Assembly (NCBI GenBank): GCA_963664815.2
Contig: CAXXHB010000003.1
Location: forward strand, 3,200,001-3,264,000
DNA from: Spirochaetota bacterium
GTDB lineage: Bacteria > Spirochaetota > UBA4802 > UBA5550
Direction: 5' to 3'
DNA: 64,000 nt
In this document: piece after piece, positions 38,497-49,116 of the stretch
Layout: every line of letters begins with the position of its first letter
Position numbering within the stretch: the stretch's first letter is position 1
Program-made: the position numbers and the translations under genes
Notes under the pieces: generated by a model
Databases searched by the model: none
The model's input: the letters and a program-made list of their open reading frames with translations, nothing else
Told to the model about the DNA's origin: nothing

Positions 38497-39585
38497 ATGA
38501 AAAAGTTTACATTTTTTTCAGTCCTTGCTCTGACTGCGCTTATTGCATTCAGCAGCTGCGACAAAAAGGAAAAAACAAAAGTTGACGGCAAGGAAGTGGT
38601 TATGGGTTTTGTATATGTCGGCCCCATTGGTGATGGAGGGTGGACCTATGCTCATGAACAGGGAAGAAAATTCGTTGAAAAGGAAACAGGCATCAGGACA
38701 ATTTTCAAGGAAACAGTTCCGGAGGGAGCCGAAGTTAAAGATGTAATAAGAAGCATGATCGATCAGGGTGCTACTATTATCGCCGCTACAAGTTTCGGAT
38801 ACATGGATTATGTTGTAGAAATAGCGAAAGAATTTCCAAAAGTAAAATTCCTTCACTGCTCAGGTTATAAAATGGGAGAAAACCTTTCAACATATTTCGG
38901 AAGAATAGAACAGCCGAGATACCTTTCCGGTATAGTTGCAGGGATGAAAACAAAAACAAATAAAATAGGTTACGTAGCAGCATTTGAAATTCCGGAAGTA
39001 ATAAGAGGGATAAATGCTTTCACTCTTGGTGCAAAATCAGTAAACCCAAAAGTCGAAGTTCATGTAAGATGGACTCATACATGGTATGATCCGGCTAAAG
39101 AGAAAGAGGCTGCAAAAGCGCTGCTGGACGATAAATGTGATGTAATAGCCCAACACCAGGATACAGCTGGTCCTCAACAAGCTGCCGAAGAGCGCGGAGT
39201 ATTTTCAGTAGGATATAACTCTGATATGTCAAAAATGGCTCCTAAAGCATATATGACAGCACCGATATGGAACTGGGGACCATATTACACAGCTGAAGTT
39301 AAAAAGGTACTAAACGGAACATGGAAAGCAGCAGATTACTGGGAAGGGATGAATGCCGACATAGTAAGGCTGGCTCCTATCACAAAAAATGCCCCTGACG
39401 GCGCTGAAGCAAAAGTGAATGAAGTTAAAAAGAAAATTCTTGACGGCTCATTCAATGTATTCTCCGGGCCGATCAAAGACCAGAAAGGAACAGTTAAAGT
39501 TCCTGCAGGATCTGCCCTGTCTGATAAAGATCAGCTTTCTTGCGACTGGTTTGTTGAGGGAGTTATAGGTAAAGCAAAAAAATAA
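38497..39585 (+). CDS. BMP-family ABC substrate-binding lipoprotein (purine/nucleoside)
   Basis: Lipobox FSSC; GPIGDGGWTYAH, INAFTLGA, WYDPAKE. Confidence 0.9.
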   Translation: MKKFTFFSVLALTALIAFSSCDKKEKTKVDGKEVVMGFVYVGPIGDGGWTYAHEQGRKFVEKETGIRTIFKETVPEGAEVKDVIRSMIDQGATIIAATSFGYMDYVVEIAKEFPKVKFLHCSGYKMGENLSTYFGRIEQPRYLSGIVAGMKTKTNKIGYVAAFEIPEVIRGINAFTLGAKSVNPKVEVHVRWTHTWYDPAKEKEAAKALLDDKCDVIAQHQDTAGPQQAAEERGVFSVGYNSDMSKMAPKAYMTAPIWNWGPYYTAEVKKVLNGTWKAADYWEGMNADIVRLAPITKNAPDGAEAKVNEVKKKILDGSFNVFSGPIKDQKGTVKVPAGSALSDKDQLSCDWFVEGVIGKAKK

Positions 39586-39667
39586 ACAACACTATCTCTT
39601 CAGGGTTCTCAGTCACATATAATCTGATCCCTGATAAAGAGCTGATAAAAAAATATCTGACATTTAT

Positions 39668-39706
39668 AAAAAACCGGCGAAAATAAGTTTAAACGCCGGT
39701 TTTTTT
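39668..39706 (+). terminator. Rho-independent terminator-like hairpin
   Basis: AAAAAACCGGCG...CGCCGGTTTTTTT. Confidence 0.6.
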
Positions 39707-39795
39707 ATTTACAATATGCTTTCAGCAAAAATTCTGTTATTATTAAATATAGGTTTAATATAGGTAATACCATTAAAGAACAGACAGCAGTTAAA

Positions 39796-41280
39796 ATGGT
39801 TAACATCTCCAAGTTTTTTGGCGGGATAAAAGCCAATAATAACATCTCTTTCAGCGTAAACTATGGAGAAATATACGCCATTCTTGGAGAAAACGGTGCA
39901 GGAAAAAGTACGCTGGTTAACATGCTTTCCGGCGTCTATACTCCCGATTCCGGCGAGATATATGTGCATAATAAAAAACTGAGGTTTTCATCCCCCGGAG
40001 ACTCAATCGCTTCCGGCATAGGTATGATTCATCAACACTTCAAACTGGTGGAGGTCATGACCGCTGCGGAAAATATTATTATAGGACAAAAACGTTCTTT
40101 TATCATCAAACGGAATAAACTGAGAAAAACAATAAACTCCATATCTGAAAAATATGGGTTTAAAACTGAACCTGATAAATATATTTACAACATGTCTGTA
40201 GGTGAGAAACAGAGCATAGAGATATTAAAAGTTTTATATCGCGGAGCGGATATACTGATACTGGATGAGCCAACTGCCGTACTTACACCTCAGGAAACAC
40301 ACAAGCTTTTTAAAATACTGCTTAAAATGAAAGATGAAGGATGTGCTGTAATTATAATTACACATAAACTTCATGAGGTAATGGATATCAGCGACAGAGT
40401 TACCGTACTTCGCCATGGTGAAATCGCCGGAACTCTGAACACCAGGGAGACTAATCCAAAAGAACTAACCTCAATGATGGTGGGAAAACCGGTGGATCTT
40501 TCAATTGATCGACCTCTGTTTTTAAAAAATGAGGTTATGCTTGAAGTTAAAAACCTTTCGCTGATCGACCGTGACAATGTTAAAAAATTGGATAATGTTT
40601 CATTTGATGTTAAGGCCGGAGAGATTATGGGAGTTGCCGGAATCGCCGGAAGCGGTCAAAAGGAACTTTGTGAGAGTATACAGGGACTCGAGAGAAGAAA
40701 ACGCGGAGAGATTCTGTTCAGAGGTGAAAATATAGCCCGTCTTACTCCAAGATCAATATTTGAGCGTGGACTTCGCATCAGCTTCATCCCGGAAGACAGA
40801 CTCGGGATGGGCCTTGTTCCAAGCATGGATATAGTAGATAATGTGATAATGAAAGATTACTATCTTCAGAAAAATCTGTTACTGGACCGGAATCCTGCAC
40901 GTGTCCGCGCTGAACATATTGTAAAAATGCTCAATGTCCAGACGCCTGGAATTAATCACCCTGTTAATCAGCTTTCAGGAGGAAACATTCAGAAGGTACT
41001 TCTTGGCCGTGAAATTGATGCCAACCCTGATTTTCTGGTAACAGCCTACCCTACAAGAGGCCTGGACATAGGCTCATCACACCTTATTTATGATGAGCTT
41101 AACAGACAGAAGACAAAAGGTGTTGGAATAATTTACGTCGGAGAGGATCTCAATGTTCTTCTGAGTCTTTGTGACAGAATAATGGTTCTTTTTGAAGGAA
41201 GGATCATCGGGATTGTAGATGCTTCTTCATCTACAAAGGATGAAATCGGATTCATGATGCTCGGAGGTAAAGAATGCTGA
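39796..41280 (+). CDS. Nucleoside/sugar ABC transporter ATP-binding protein (two NBDs)
   Basis: GENGAGKST, LDEPTAVL, LSGGNIQK, PTRGLD; true start may be slightly upstream. Confidence 0.92.
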   Translation: MVNISKFFGGIKANNNISFSVNYGEIYAILGENGAGKSTLVNMLSGVYTPDSGEIYVHNKKLRFSSPGDSIASGIGMIHQHFKLVEVMTAAENIIIGQKRSFIIKRNKLRKTINSISEKYGFKTEPDKYIYNMSVGEKQSIEILKVLYRGADILILDEPTAVLTPQETHKLFKILLKMKDEGCAVIIITHKLHEVMDISDRVTVLRHGEIAGTLNTRETNPKELTSMMVGKPVDLSIDRPLFLKNEVMLEVKNLSLIDRDNVKKLDNVSFDVKAGEIMGVAGIAGSGQKELCESIQGLERRKRGEILFRGENIARLTPRSIFERGLRISFIPEDRLGMGLVPSMDIVDNVIMKDYYLQKNLLLDRNPARVRAEHIVKMLNVQTPGINHPVNQLSGGNIQKVLLGREIDANPDFLVTAYPTRGLDIGSSHLIYDELNRQKTKGVGIIYVGEDLNVLLSLCDRIMVLFEGRIIGIVDASSSTKDEIGFMMLGGKEC

Positions 41281-42344
41281 GAATGTCAACAAGAACCGAT
41301 TGTTCAGCAAAAGAAGCTGCTGTTATCAGAACCACAGCAATTATACTTGCCCTTGTTTCTGTCGCCTTTTTTATATTACTTCTCGGTCATAATCCATTAT
41401 CAGTTTATATTTCCATGATTGAAGGGGCTTTCGGATCAATATACCGAATAACTGAGACTATAAGAAAAGCTATTCCACTGATCATCACATCTCTTGGTAT
41501 TTCCCTGGCATTCAGACTTAAATTCTGGAATATCGGCGCAGAAGGACAGATTATGATGGGAGCGTTCGGCGCCACTTTCTGTGCCCTGAACTTTTCGAGT
41601 TTGCCCCCGTTCATTCTGCTTCCTCTGATGGGATTAGCATCAATAATCTGCGGCGGTATCTGGGGAGCTATCCCTGCATATTTTCGGGCAATGTTCAGGA
41701 CAAATGAAACAATTTTCACCCTTATGATGAATTATATAGCTCTGAAATGGCTTACATATCTTCAATATGGTCCATGGAAAGATCCCGGCGCGCTTGGATT
41801 TCCTAAAATTCCAGGATTTTCGTCAAACGCAATCCTTCCTTCAGTATTCGGCCTTCATATAGGATGGATTATCGCAATGATTCTGATCATAATTATGCAT
41901 GTCTTTGTTAATCACACAAAAAGAGGCTATGAAATAAATGTCGTCGGAGAGAGCGAAAATACAGGACGTTATGCAGGCATGAATGTTAAATTTATTATTA
42001 TTTATACAATTTTTATCAGCGGCGGGTTATGTGGTCTCACTGGCATGATTGAAGCATCTGGAGTAAATAAAACCTTGTCTGTTGAGATAACACGCGGAGT
42101 GGGTTATACTGCGATTATAACAAGCTGGCTTTCATCACTCCGCGCACCTGTTATTGGTCTGGTATGCATACTCTTCGCAGCCATGATTCAGGGCGGTACA
42201 TTTATTCAGATGGCATTTCAAATTCCACAATCAGCAGCCCAGATACTTCAGGGCATGATTCTCTTCTTTGTTCTCGGAAGCGAATTTTTCATAAAATACA
42301 GAATCTCCGTCACAAGTGAAAATAAAAGTGAGGCTGAACAGTAA
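41274..42344 (+). CDS. Nucleoside ABC transporter permease
   Basis: WNIGAEGQ, NE...TLMMNY; operon context. Confidence 0.9.
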   Translation: MLRMSTRTDCSAKEAAVIRTTAIILALVSVAFFILLLGHNPLSVYISMIEGAFGSIYRITETIRKAIPLIITSLGISLAFRLKFWNIGAEGQIMMGAFGATFCALNFSSLPPFILLPLMGLASIICGGIWGAIPAYFRAMFRTNETIFTLMMNYIALKWLTYLQYGPWKDPGALGFPKIPGFSSNAILPSVFGLHIGWIIAMILIIIMHVFVNHTKRGYEINVVGESENTGRYAGMNVKFIIIYTIFISGGLCGLTGMIEASGVNKTLSVEITRGVGYTAIITSWLSSLRAPVIGLVCILFAAMIQGGTFIQMAFQIPQSAAQILQGMILFFVLGSEFFIKYRISVTSENKSEAEQ

Positions 42345-43273
42345 TGGATATATCTTTTTTTGCTGCAGCTGTCGTTGCCGGAACTCCTCTTCTCTATGCG
42401 ATTCTCGGGGAGCTTATCACGGAAAAATCCGGACAACTCAATCTCGGTGTTGAGGGTATGATGCTCATGGGTGCTGTCGTAGGATTCAAAACAGCAATTT
42501 TAACGGGTAACCCTTTCCTGTCTCTTGCCGGAGCTATGGCCGCCGGAGGGGCTGGAGCACTTATTTACGCTTTACTCACTGTAACCTTAAGAGCAAACCA
42601 GGTAGTAGCAGGTTTAACACTTACTATCTTCGGTACAGGATTTGCAAGCTTTATGGGACAGGGTCTTATGGGAGAGATTGTCCCCCCTGACATGAAAATT
42701 TTCTTTTCAGATTTCAGAATTCCGGTTTTGGGATATATTCCGGTAATCGGCGATATTTTTTTTAACCAGGGATTCCTCGTCTATGCAGGATATATTCTCA
42801 CAATTGTTTTCGGGATCTATCTTTACAGAACACAGGTTGGATTAAACCTCCGCGCAATTGGAGAAAATACCGCCGCTGCAGACGCAGCCGGAATAAATGT
42901 ATCCCTTTATAAATATATCCATGTAATTATCGGAGGGATACTTTGTGGACTTGCCGGCGCGTACCTTTCGCTTGTATACATTCCTTCATGGCAGGAAAAT
43001 GTCACAGCCGGCAGAGGATGGATAGCTGTTGCTCTTGTTATATTTTGCAGGTGGAATCCATACAGAGTAATGATGGGTGCCTTTTTATTTGGAGGTCTTG
43101 ATATTATAGGATTCAGAATTCAAAAATATGATTTTCATATTTCACAATATATAATTGACCTTTTGCCTTATATTGTGACCATTGTAATTCTTATACTGGT
43201 TTCTGTAAGGAAGTCTCACTCCGGTTCTGCTCCGGCCAGTCTGGGTGTTGCATACTTCAGAGAAGAGAGATGA
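42344..43273 (+). CDS. Nucleoside ABC transporter permease
   Basis: EKSG.LNLGVEGMM, GRGWIAVAL, PASLG. Confidence 0.9.
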   Translation: MDISFFAAAVVAGTPLLYAILGELITEKSGQLNLGVEGMMLMGAVVGFKTAILTGNPFLSLAGAMAAGGAGALIYALLTVTLRANQVVAGLTLTIFGTGFASFMGQGLMGEIVPPDMKIFFSDFRIPVLGYIPVIGDIFFNQGFLVYAGYILTIVFGIYLYRTQVGLNLRAIGENTAAADAAGINVSLYKYIHVIIGGILCGLAGAYLSLVYIPSWQENVTAGRGWIAVALVIFCRWNPYRVMMGAFLFGGLDIIGFRIQKYDFHISQYIIDLLPYIVTIVILILVSVRKSHSGSAPASLGVAYFREER

Positions 43274-43274
43274 T

Positions 43275-43727
43275 ATGCTTAAAGTTTTTTTAATATATCT
43301 TGTAATGGCTTTCTTAGCCGGCGCTACAGTTCCTCTCCAGGCCGGAATAAATTCACGTCTGAGTTTTTTCAGCGGTTCTCCTGTTATGGCATCAATAATC
43401 TCCTTTCTAACAGGAAGCGTTACACTGATAATTTTTGCCCTTATTTCCAGAACCCCACTTCCTTCTTCCGGTGCATTTACCGGAGCACCATGGTGGATAT
43501 GGACAGGAGGAATTCTGGGAGCATTTTATGTTGCCTCATGTGTTATACTTGCCAACAAGGTTGGAGCGGTATCAATGCTCGCATTAATAATGGCCGGTCA
43601 GATGATAACATCTCTTGTTCTCGATCATTATGGGATTGCAGGATACCAGATACAGCCTGTTAATATATATAAAATTTTAGGAATACTTCTTATGATCGCG
43701 GGGATATTCCTTATTCGATTTTCATGA
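43275..43727 (+). CDS. DMT-family (YdcZ-like) membrane protein
   Basis: QAGINSRL, WWIWTGG.LGA, AGQMITSLVLDHYG; likely start MLKVFL. Confidence 0.85.
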   Translation: MLKVFLIYLVMAFLAGATVPLQAGINSRLSFFSGSPVMASIISFLTGSVTLIIFALISRTPLPSSGAFTGAPWWIWTGGILGAFYVASCVILANKVGAVSMLALIMAGQMITSLVLDHYGIAGYQIQPVNIYKILGILLMIAGIFLIRFS

Positions 43728-43736
43728 GGTAAACAT

Positions 43737-44615
43737 ATGCGCTACGAAGGAAATATTTTCAGACCATTCAGTGAAGCGGACAGTTATCTTCTGCAATGTA
43801 CTGTTGGATGTTCTCATAATAAATGTACTTTCTGCGGGATGTATAAAGATAAAAAATACAGAATAAAACCTTTATCAGAAATTAAAGAAGATATTAAACT
43901 TGCAAAAGAATATTATAACGATCTTGACAAAGTATTCCTTTGTGATGGTGATGCTATTGATATAGATACTGATATACTCCTTGAAATACTTGCAGATCTT
44001 AAAAAGGCATTCCCATCCCTGAAACATGTTGGAACATATGCCGGACCGGTAAGTACGCTTAATAAAAGTATGTCTGAACTTTCCGCCTTAAGAGCAGCAG
44101 GACTTGACAAAGCATATCTTGGAGTTGAAACCGGTGACGACAAGCTTCTGCATGAAGTTAATAAAGGGGCTGGTTATACAGAAATGCTACAGGCAGGATT
44201 AAACCTGAAAAATGCCGGGATTAACCTTTCATCAATGGTACTTCTTGGTCTGGCCGGTAAAGGTGAAAGATCCATTGAGCATGCTCTTGCAACTGCAAGA
44301 ATTACAAACGAAATGAAACCCAACTACCTGGCTGCATTAACAGTCACACCAGTTCCCGGCACAATTCTTTTCAACAAAGTACAGAAAGGAGAATTCGAAA
44401 TACTCAACCCATTCGAAACCCTTGAAGAAATGAAAATTATTTTTGAAAATATAACAATCGATAACCTGAAATTCGTTGGAGTTCACGCCTCAAACTATCT
44501 GCCGGTAAATGGAACATTGCAGAAAGATAAACAAAAAATGCTCGACACAATAAACCGGGTTCTTGAAACAAGAGACGAAAGGCTTATAAAGCCGGAAAGG
44601 ATGAGAGGACTTTAA
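43737..44615 (+). CDS. Radical SAM protein
   Basis: CSHNKCTFC (CxxxCxxC), HASNY. Confidence 0.88.
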   Translation: MRYEGNIFRPFSEADSYLLQCTVGCSHNKCTFCGMYKDKKYRIKPLSEIKEDIKLAKEYYNDLDKVFLCDGDAIDIDTDILLEILADLKKAFPSLKHVGTYAGPVSTLNKSMSELSALRAAGLDKAYLGVETGDDKLLHEVNKGAGYTEMLQAGLNLKNAGINLSSMVLLGLAGKGERSIEHALATARITNEMKPNYLAALTVTPVPGTILFNKVQKGEFEILNPFETLEEMKIIFENITIDNLKFVGVHASNYLPVNGTLQKDKQKMLDTINRVLETRDERLIKPERMRGL

Positions 44616-44618
44616 GCT

Positions 44619-44972
44619 CTACCGGTCAAGTAACCCGGTGTAATATGGAACCTTCTTTATACTTATTTCATCCCCCGAACTTTTTAGTCTGATTGAATCC
44701 TCCATAACCACAAATTCTTCATCTATCGGACTGTATTTACAGTAAGTAAATTCATCTTTCACCTGGAATTTTTCATCAAATGCTTTTTCGAAGAAAACTT
44801 TCAATTCATTCATCTTTATTGAATATTGACGCGCTGTTTTAACAAGAATAACCAGTTTTGTTTCAGGAGATTTTATACCATTTCTTGTCTCCAGCAGTAT
44901 TGCAACCTTCCCTTCATTTTTTGCTGCGATAGCCTTATACTCTTTTATTCCCTTCGATCTGAAAAAGCCCAT
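44619..44972 (-). CDS. Hypothetical protein
   Basis: AGGAG RBS; 117-aa ORF. Confidence 0.6.
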   Translation of the reverse strand: MGFFRSKGIKEYKAIAAKNEGKVAILLETRNGIKSPETKLVILVKTARQYSIKMNELKVFFEKAFDEKFQVKDEFTYCKYSPIDEEFVVMEDSIRLKSSGDEISIKKVPYYTGLLDR

Positions 44973-45077
44973 AACAGATCACTCCTGTTAATAATTTTAT
45001 TATTCAATAAATTAATGCGATATGCATTTTAACAACAAAAAAATTTCACTCGTTCTTTAATTTTTCGTATATATATC

Positions 45078-46412
45078 ATGATTGAACTGAACAAACAACA
45101 GATGATTGCGTCAAACCCCAACCGAGGAGTAAGTCTTATAATTGCAGGCGCCGGGACAGGCAAAACAAGCACTATGATTAAAAAAATTCAAAACGTGATT
45201 GAACATTCTATAGTAAAACCTGAAGAAATTCTTATTCTTACATTCAGCATAAAAGCTGCTGAAGATATAAGAAAAAAAATATTAACCAGATTAAATCCAG
45301 ATGATAATATCGGTTTTATCGGAACATTCCATTCTTTCTCTCTAAAAATCCTTAAAGAAAACAGTGATATTTACCTTAAACATCTGGGAAATAATTATTT
45401 CCCATTAATAATAGAAAAAGAAGAAAAAGAAAGAATTTTAAAAAAACTGATAATGAATAAACCGGAAAGATTTCTCGGCTTTCCAGTTGATACTATTTTA
45501 AATCTTTCAGAAAATTTGCAACATATGGATAAAAATACTATAAACAAGCTTAAATCAATTTCATTATTTACTGAAATATCTGTTCTGAAAGAATCCTATG
45601 CAAATTATAAAAAGAAAAACAATTTAATTGAATTCGAGGATATGATATATCATGCTTCGGAAATACTTGAAAAATATCCTGCTTTAAAGCTAAAAATGAA
45701 TAATAAGTATAAATATATTTTCATCGATGAATATCAGGATACATCAGACAACAATTTTCATTTGCTTTCCCTCCTGCTTCCGGACAAAGAAAAAAATTTA
45801 TTTTTAGTGGGTGATGACTTTCAGAGTATTTATAAATTCCGCCACAGCAGAGTTGAATATATTGTCAATGCCAAAAAATTTTTTCCCGAAATTACCCAAT
45901 ACAAACTCACAATAAACTATAGATCTCGAAAAGAAATCATAAAAATTTCAAATAGATTTATACAATTAAATAAATTCCGGACATCAAAAAATATTTCATC
46001 ATATCGTGGTAAGGGTGGAAAAGTAAAATATCATCCAGTCACTGATATGCATCATGAAGCTGAAATAATAAAAGAAATAACAGCTTCCATTCCATTTACC
46101 TCAACATTAGCTGTACTCTACAGAAATAATTATCAAGGAGATTACCTTAAGAACAAACTTGAATCTGTAAATCGTGATAAACCCATTGAATTTATGACAA
46201 TGCATAAATCAAAAGGTCTTGAGTTTGATGTGGTAATAATCGCTGGAATATCAGACAAAATTATTCCTGACAGTACATCTGATATTGAAGAAGAAAGAAG
46301 ATTATTCTATGTTGCATTGACAAGAGCAAGGAACGAGCTTCATCTTATATTTTATAAAAACAGCAATAATAAAATGCCCAGATTTGTAATTGAAACCGGT
46401 CATAGAAAATAA
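45078..46412 (+). CDS. UvrD/Rep-family ATP-dependent helicase (short form)
   Basis: AGAGTGKT, DEYQD, GDDFQSIY, NYRS, TMHKSKGLEF, ERRLFYVALTRA. Confidence 0.9.
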   Translation: MIELNKQQMIASNPNRGVSLIIAGAGTGKTSTMIKKIQNVIEHSIVKPEEILILTFSIKAAEDIRKKILTRLNPDDNIGFIGTFHSFSLKILKENSDIYLKHLGNNYFPLIIEKEEKERILKKLIMNKPERFLGFPVDTILNLSENLQHMDKNTINKLKSISLFTEISVLKESYANYKKKNNLIEFEDMIYHASEILEKYPALKLKMNNKYKYIFIDEYQDTSDNNFHLLSLLLPDKEKNLFLVGDDFQSIYKFRHSRVEYIVNAKKFFPEITQYKLTINYRSRKEIIKISNRFIQLNKFRTSKNISSYRGKGGKVKYHPVTDMHHEAEIIKEITASIPFTSTLAVLYRNNYQGDYLKNKLESVNRDKPIEFMTMHKSKGLEFDVVIIAGISDKIIPDSTSDIEEERRLFYVALTRARNELHLIFYKNSNNKMPRFVIETGHRK

Positions 46413-46419
46413 TAAAACT

Positions 46420-46581
46420 TCAGGCAACCGTATCAACCTTCTGCCCTTTATTCTCATCCACAGAACGTTCACTTTTTACTTCACGAGTTTGATCAGTAGG
46501 AATCTGTTCGTTTTTCGATGTATATTCCGGTGTAAAATTAGCAGATACAATATCAGCACCTGAAATATTCTGAATTGCCAT
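46420..46581 (-). CDS. Small protein, 53 aa (below ORF-track cutoff)
   Basis: GGAG RBS; MAIQNISGAD...ENKGQKVDTVA*. Confidence 0.55.
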   Translation of the reverse strand: MAIQNISGADIVSANFTPEYTSKNEQIPTDQTREVKSERSVDENKGQKVDTVA

Positions 46582-46627
46582 AAAATTTCTCCATTAATCA
46601 ATATAATAATTTACTATTGAGAAAGAG

Positions 46628-46828
46628 TCAAATAAAAAGCTTAAAAATCAGTCTGAATACAGATGTAATAACAGCAGATGAAACAACTGACACTACAACA
46701 ATTTCAATGTCCCTGAAATCGGCATTTACATTTCTTCTTTTAAAAAAATTTAACATTATTTTAGAAACTGCAATGTAGGAAATAACGAATATGGCAGTTT
46801 TAAATAGTATCAGAAAAAAAGAATTCAT
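46628..46828 (-). CDS. Small membrane protein
   Basis: Two hydrophobic segments; ATGA-coupled to the upstream small ORF. Confidence 0.5.
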   Translation of the reverse strand: MNSFFLILFKTAIFVISYIAVSKIMLNFFKRRNVNADFRDIEIVVVSVVSSAVITSVFRLIFKLFI

Positions 46829-47004
46829 AATCTTTTCAAAAGAAATTCAAGTTCTTCCTTCGTACAATCACAATTCGATATCAAGGATTTTTCAATCTCT
46901 TTTTTTAAGTATTTAATGCGCAAAGATACTGAATTGATTTCCTTGATGAAGAAATTATCCGTAAAATCTGGCTTTTCATTTAATATTTTTGACTCACCGG
47001 GCAT
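46825..47004 (-). CDS. Small protein, 59 aa (below ORF-track cutoff)
   Basis: MPGESKIL...EFLLKRL*; stop overlaps the next ATG. Confidence 0.4.
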   Translation of the reverse strand: MPGESKILNEKPDFTDNFFIKEINSVSLRIKYLKKEIEKSLISNCDCTKEELEFLLKRL

Positions 47005-47212
47005 AATAACAATAAAGCTCTCAGGTGTTTATCTAATGTAAAACAAAACAAAATTTGAGTCAAGGAATTAAACCACATTTCATTATTATTAATATTTTTT
47101 AAAAAAGAAGAAATGAAAAAAAATGAACATTCCTTGAATTGAATGTCATGTTTTATATATAAAACAAATTTATCTTATAATAAATACAATAAAATTAGTC
47201 TGGTGCAAATAA

Positions 47213-48688
47213 TCATGAAAAAGAATTCTCTTTTAAAAATTTAACTCTTTCATAAAAAATTTTCATTACAGTATTATAAAGCTCATCTTTCAGCACTTTA
47301 TCTTCAATTCCAAAATCGATACTGGGATTATCATTTACCTCTATCACATAGCATTTATTTCCGATTACTTTCAGATCAACACCGTAAAATCCACGACCTA
47401 TATAACTCGCTGCCTTTAATGCAGTTTTAATTATCTTTTTCGGTACATCACTGATACTTAGTGTTTCATCCTTCCCGGAGTGTTTGTTTGAATTTTTATT
47501 CCTTGACCAGTTGACTATCTGCCAGTGATCCTCTGCCATATAATATTTGCAGACATATAAAGGATACCCATCAATTATTCCGACTCGCCAGTCATAATCA
47601 GTTTTAATAAACTCCTGTGCTATAATAAGATCAGATTTTTCAAGAAGCGAATTTACTTTTACAAAGTATTCACCTCTTGTCTCGACTTTAAGTACCCCCT
47701 GTGAATATGAACTATCCGGTTGTTTCAGAATTAGAGGAAGTTCCATACTGCTCAGAACAAGTTCAAGTGTATCACGACTTATAACAACAGTTTTTGGAGC
47801 GGGAATCCTGTAATGACTTAAAAGCTCGGCAAGGTAAACTTTATTTGTACACTTTATTATCGAATCGGGATCATCCATAACAACAAGACCTTCAGCTGTT
47901 GCGCGCTGAGAAAATCTAAAAGTGTAGTGATTTACACTTGTAGTTTCTCTTATAAAAAGTGCATCAAATTCCGCAATACGATGAATATCGTCTTTATCAA
48001 TCAGTTCAACATTAAATCCGTTTTTTTCTCCTGCTTTTATAAATTTTTCAAGAGCCTTTTTATTCGAGGGTGGAGTCGGTTCATCCGGGTTTACAAGTAT
48101 AGCCATATCATAGGGCGCAGCAGGTCTTCTTTTTTTTCTTGATATTGCTCTTGAAAAATACTGTGTCGCGAATTCAATTACATAATGATGGTGTTCTTCA
48201 GGAATATCGTTAGCAGATATAAGCTGAATATTCTGTATCTTCCATCTCACCCCCTTTCTTGAAAAAAAAACTCTGATTAGTGGGGCCTGAAATAAATTGT
48301 AAAGCTGAAGACAAAGCCGGTCATACCTTTTAGAAATATTTTTCCCGAAATAAATACTCAGCACAAAAGTGTCTGTCTGGATATGTGCAAGACTTCGTTG
48401 TATGCTTTTATCCAGATCTTCAGCAAGTACACGTATAACATACGGTGTCTTCATCTCCTGTATTGTGTTAACATTTGGAAACGCCTTGTGGCCTCTTGCA
48501 GAAGCCAGAAGTGAAACATAATAACCAATGGACTGGTATCTATATGATCTGCAAAGATTAAATATCCTCGCACCCCTCTTGCGGATAAATTCATCCTCAA
48601 GCAAATAATCTCTCGCTGATATTACTTCAACCCCGGGTATATTAAACTGCCAGTTTCTTTTATTATTTACAATGATATAATTAGGCAT
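47213..48688 (-). CDS. RimK-family ATP-grasp protein with N-terminal RLAN-like domain
   Basis: GYYVSLLA.ARGH, ALFIRETT, CTNKVYL, DWRVG, YGVDLK, IEVNDNPS. Confidence 0.85.
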   Translation of the reverse strand: MPNYIIVNNKRNWQFNIPGVEVISARDYLLEDEFIRKRGARIFNLCRSYRYQSIGYYVSLLASARGHKAFPNVNTIQEMKTPYVIRVLAEDLDKSIQRSLAHIQTDTFVLSIYFGKNISKRYDRLCLQLYNLFQAPLIRVFFSRKGVRWKIQNIQLISANDIPEEHHHYVIEFATQYFSRAISRKKRRPAAPYDMAILVNPDEPTPPSNKKALEKFIKAGEKNGFNVELIDKDDIHRIAEFDALFIRETTSVNHYTFRFSQRATAEGLVVMDDPDSIIKCTNKVYLAELLSHYRIPAPKTVVISRDTLELVLSSMELPLILKQPDSSYSQGVLKVETRGEYFVKVNSLLEKSDLIIAQEFIKTDYDWRVGIIDGYPLYVCKYYMAEDHWQIVNWSRNKNSNKHSGKDETLSISDVPKKIIKTALKAASYIGRGFYGVDLKVIGNKCYVIEVNDNPSIDFGIEDKVLKDELYNTVMKIFYERVKFLKENSFS

Positions 48689-48914
48689 TTGAACCTGTAA
48701 AAATTTATACTACTTCTGCTGTATTAATGAATAATTACAATTAAAAATAAAAAATTTCCATTTAAATTAACTTTTATTTGAATAAAAATATTCTTCTTTT
48801 AAAATTTAACTTTCAAACTATTCAATTTTAAACAAATAATTATGAATTAATATTGACATCAATACATTAAATGTTAAAAATAATTAAATTTAAGATCCTC
48901 GAAGGGGTAGTTTA

Positions 48915-49094
48915 ATGGATAAGGCGATCATGGATTTTATGAGAGAATACCATCTTCTCGTCAGAAACACTATTGTAATTGCCAGCATAGTAATTGGCTT
49001 TATTTGCGTTTCAGGATGTATCAGATTTGGTATTGCTATTTACCGAAGAAAGAAAGGGACTTATCCTCCGGCAACAAGCCAGATGGGGCATTAA
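48915..49094 (+). CDS. Small single-TM protein, 59 aa (below ORF-track cutoff)
   Basis: AGGGG RBS and upstream TTGACA; MDKAIMDFMREYHLLVRNTIVIASIVIGFICVSGCIRFGIAIYRRKKG. Confidence 0.55.
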   Translation: MDKAIMDFMREYHLLVRNTIVIASIVIGFICVSGCIRFGIAIYRRKKGTYPPATSQMGH

Positions 49095-49116
49095 TTCCGG
49101 TCTGATAAAGGTAAAT

